This document shows, one piece after another, positions 61,928-64,000 of a DNA stretch of 64,000 nucleotides. Source of the stretch: Mobula hypostoma. Taxonomy: Eukaryota. Below the pieces are notes generated by a model, which had not been told where the DNA came from, ran no database searches, and worked only from the letters and a program-made list of their open reading frames with translations. Both the position numbers and the translations under genes were made by a program. Positions within the stretch are counted from its first letter, which is position 1; every line of letters begins with the position of its first letter. Location: positions 17,050,001 to 17,114,000 of the forward strand of contig NC_086097.1 of NCBI RefSeq assembly GCF_963921235.1, in the 5' to 3' direction.

Positions 61928-63172
61928 TGTCATGGTCTGGTCCGTGAAATCCGCTTTCCGGTTCACGGTCCGGTCCATGTTCCTTATTCCAGGATTTCTG
62001 GTTTTCCCCAGTTTCTGTTGAGGCAGCTGATTCTCTTTCGGGCTAGCTTCATAAATAGCTTCAGGATTCTGCCTTGGCTGCTGGATTGTTCCTGTCCATA
62101 CCCCTCCATCTGAATCCCTTTCCCTTCCTTCTGTTGCCTTGCCTCACTTGTAACCCTTGCCTGCACCGTTGTCATTCAATTGCTGGAGCAAGATAAGGAA
62201 CTGTCTATTGTTGTTTTGAACTGTCTCTGTGTCCTTGCCTTCGCAAGGTAGGTCTGGCTGTTTGCCGCTACCTAGTGTTGGGAACCGTCCGTGTCCACAC
62301 CTTCGCTAGGTAGGTCTGGACATCTGCCGCTACCTAGTGTTGCAAACCGTCTTGTTGTGTTCTGCATTCTGCGTAATGAATCCCAGCCCTACATCCTGTA
62401 CCCAAGGAGGGTTCCCGGCTCTGTGTTCTGTGTATGAGCCCCGGCCCTATGTCCTGTTTCCAAGGAGGGGTCCCAGCTTTGTTCCATGTTCCTGTCTCTC
62501 CCTCGACCAAGGCTCTGCGTTCCTGTCTCTCCCTTGACCTAGTCAAGGCTTTGGGGTCTCATCCAGTCCTAGCCACGATCCAAGAACCTTGTCCTGTCCA
62601 AGCCATGGCTTTGTGTTCAAGTTTTGCCCATGTGTCTCGCCCAGCCCAGGATTACCTTGCCCAGCTCAGTGCTGGGGTTCCCTTGTCCTGTCCAGGAGTC
62701 TCATGTCCAGTCCTGTTGCCACTCCTCGTCCTGTAGCCATGTCTTCTCCTTGCCTAGTTCTGGAGTCCGAGCCCGAGTCAAGTCCCAGCTTTTGGGTCCT
62801 TGCCCAGTCTCTGGCTCGGAGTCCATACCCAAGCCTCGAAGTACCCTAGCCTCGAAGAACCCAAGCCTCATCACGTCTTTGCCTAGATCCAGGGTCTGAG
62901 CCGAGTCAAGACCCAGGTTTCAGGTCCTTCTCCAGTCTCTGGCTTGAACTCCAAGCCTAGACTCCTAGTTCCAAGTTCCATGTCCTGGTTCCATTATCCT
63001 AGTCAAGTCCTAGCCCAGGCCCTGTATCCTTGTCTCGTCCAGGGCCTGTGTCACGTCCAGCGTCCTTTCTTCCCCACTTCCCTTGCTTTCTTGACTAACC
63101 TAGTCCTGTTCCTTGTACTTCAGTGTCTGTGTCTTGCATTTGGGTCCACCACCCAGTGCCCCCACTATGACA
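61928..63172. mobile_element. Long solo LTR or LTR-like element (1245 bp) with 5-bp TSD AGTTC
   Basis: TGTCAT...ATGACA inverted termini; AGTTC at 61923-27 and 63173-77; internal direct repeats. Confidence 0.85.
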
Positions 63173-63385
63173 AGTTCTTTGCCAGATCTGTGACAAATCT
63201 TCTTTGTCATTATCTTCTTCGTCTTTCAATCAGATCTTGAATATTTTTCTAAGGTAGACCCATTGAGCACTATAGTACAGAAACAGTCCCTTTGGCCCAT
63301 CTAGTCTGTGCCAAGTTCTCCTGCCTTGTCCTGTCTACACCCATCCAGACCATAGCCTTCTATAACCCTCTCATCCAAGTACATA

Positions 63386-64000
63386 CAGTTGAAGTCAGAA
63401 GTTTACATACACCTTAGCCAAAATACACTTAAACTTAGTTTTTCACAATTCCTGACATTTAGTCCTAGAAAACATTCCCCATCTTAGGTCAGTTAGGATC
63501 ACTACTTTATTTTAAGAATGTGAAATGTCAGAATAATAGTAGAGAGAATGATTTATTTCAGCTTTTATTTCTTTCATCACTTTCCCAGTCAGTCAGAAGT
63601 TTACATACACTTTGTTAGTATTTGGTAGCATTGCCTTTAAATTGTTTGACTTGGGTCAAACGTTTTGGGTAGCCTTCCACAAGCTTCTCACAATAAGTTG
63701 CTGGAATTTTGTTCCATTCCTCCAGACAGAACTGATGTAACTGAGTCAGGTTTGTAGGCACATGCTTTTCCTTGCTCGCACATGCTTTTTCAGTTCTGCC
63801 CACAAATTTTTTTTATCGGATTGAGGCCAGAAGATGATGTCAAGTCTGGTTATCTTTGGGAGCAATTTCTAAATGCCTGAAGGTACCACGTTCATCTGTA
63901 CAAACAATAGTACGCAAGTATAAACACCATGGGACCAAGCAGCTGTCCGCTCAGGAAGGAGACGTATTCTCCTAGAGATGAATGTACTTTGGCGTGAAAA
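63386..64000. mobile_element. Sleeping Beauty-like IR/DR Tc1 transposon, rearranged, runs off window
   Basis: TA-CAGTTGAAGTCAGAAGTTTACATACACCTTAG, with inner DR TCAGAAGTTTACATACAC ending at 63610. Minus C-terminus ...KLVEGYPKRLTQVKQFKGNATKY*. Plus N-terminal LGAISKCLKVPRSSVQTIVRKYKHHGT. Confidence 0.93.

Noticed and set aside
62334..63240. Cluster of Pro/Ser/Cys-rich ORFs
   Set aside because: Compositional artefact inside the LTR-like element; no domain motif.

Overview
Eukaryotic, repeat-dense DNA, probably intronic or intergenic. The repeat set (many CR1 LINEs with TCTTATG/TTTCTATG tails, Rex1/Babar LINEs, Penelope-like elements, V-domain SINEs) points by inference to a cartilaginous fish such as a ray or shark. 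No host protein-coding gene could be identified, and most ORFs in the track are fragments or antisense shadows of transposons. Main content: a Gypsy remnant and three TG..CA solo LTRs with target-site duplications (TSDs); a near full-length CR1 (Zn-finger/esterase ORF1, APE-RT ORF2) interrupted by an antisense L1; a HERO/R2-group RT remnant; RTE-derived non-autonomous repeats; and two Tc1-type transposons. Three things stand out. (1) A 2.9-kb inverted Penelope element (RT + GIY-YIG, 14-bp TSD) has a minimal hammerhead-ribozyme motif in each arm, and six ~200-300 bp foldback miniatures of the same architecture lie elsewhere in the window. (2) A rearranged element at the right edge closely resembles the salmonid Sleeping Beauty transposon and is a horizontal-transfer candidate. 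(3) A candidate host promoter and short first exon lie at ~54.35-54.70 kb. Family names come from motif recognition and memory, not database searches. Boundaries without a stated TSD are approximate.
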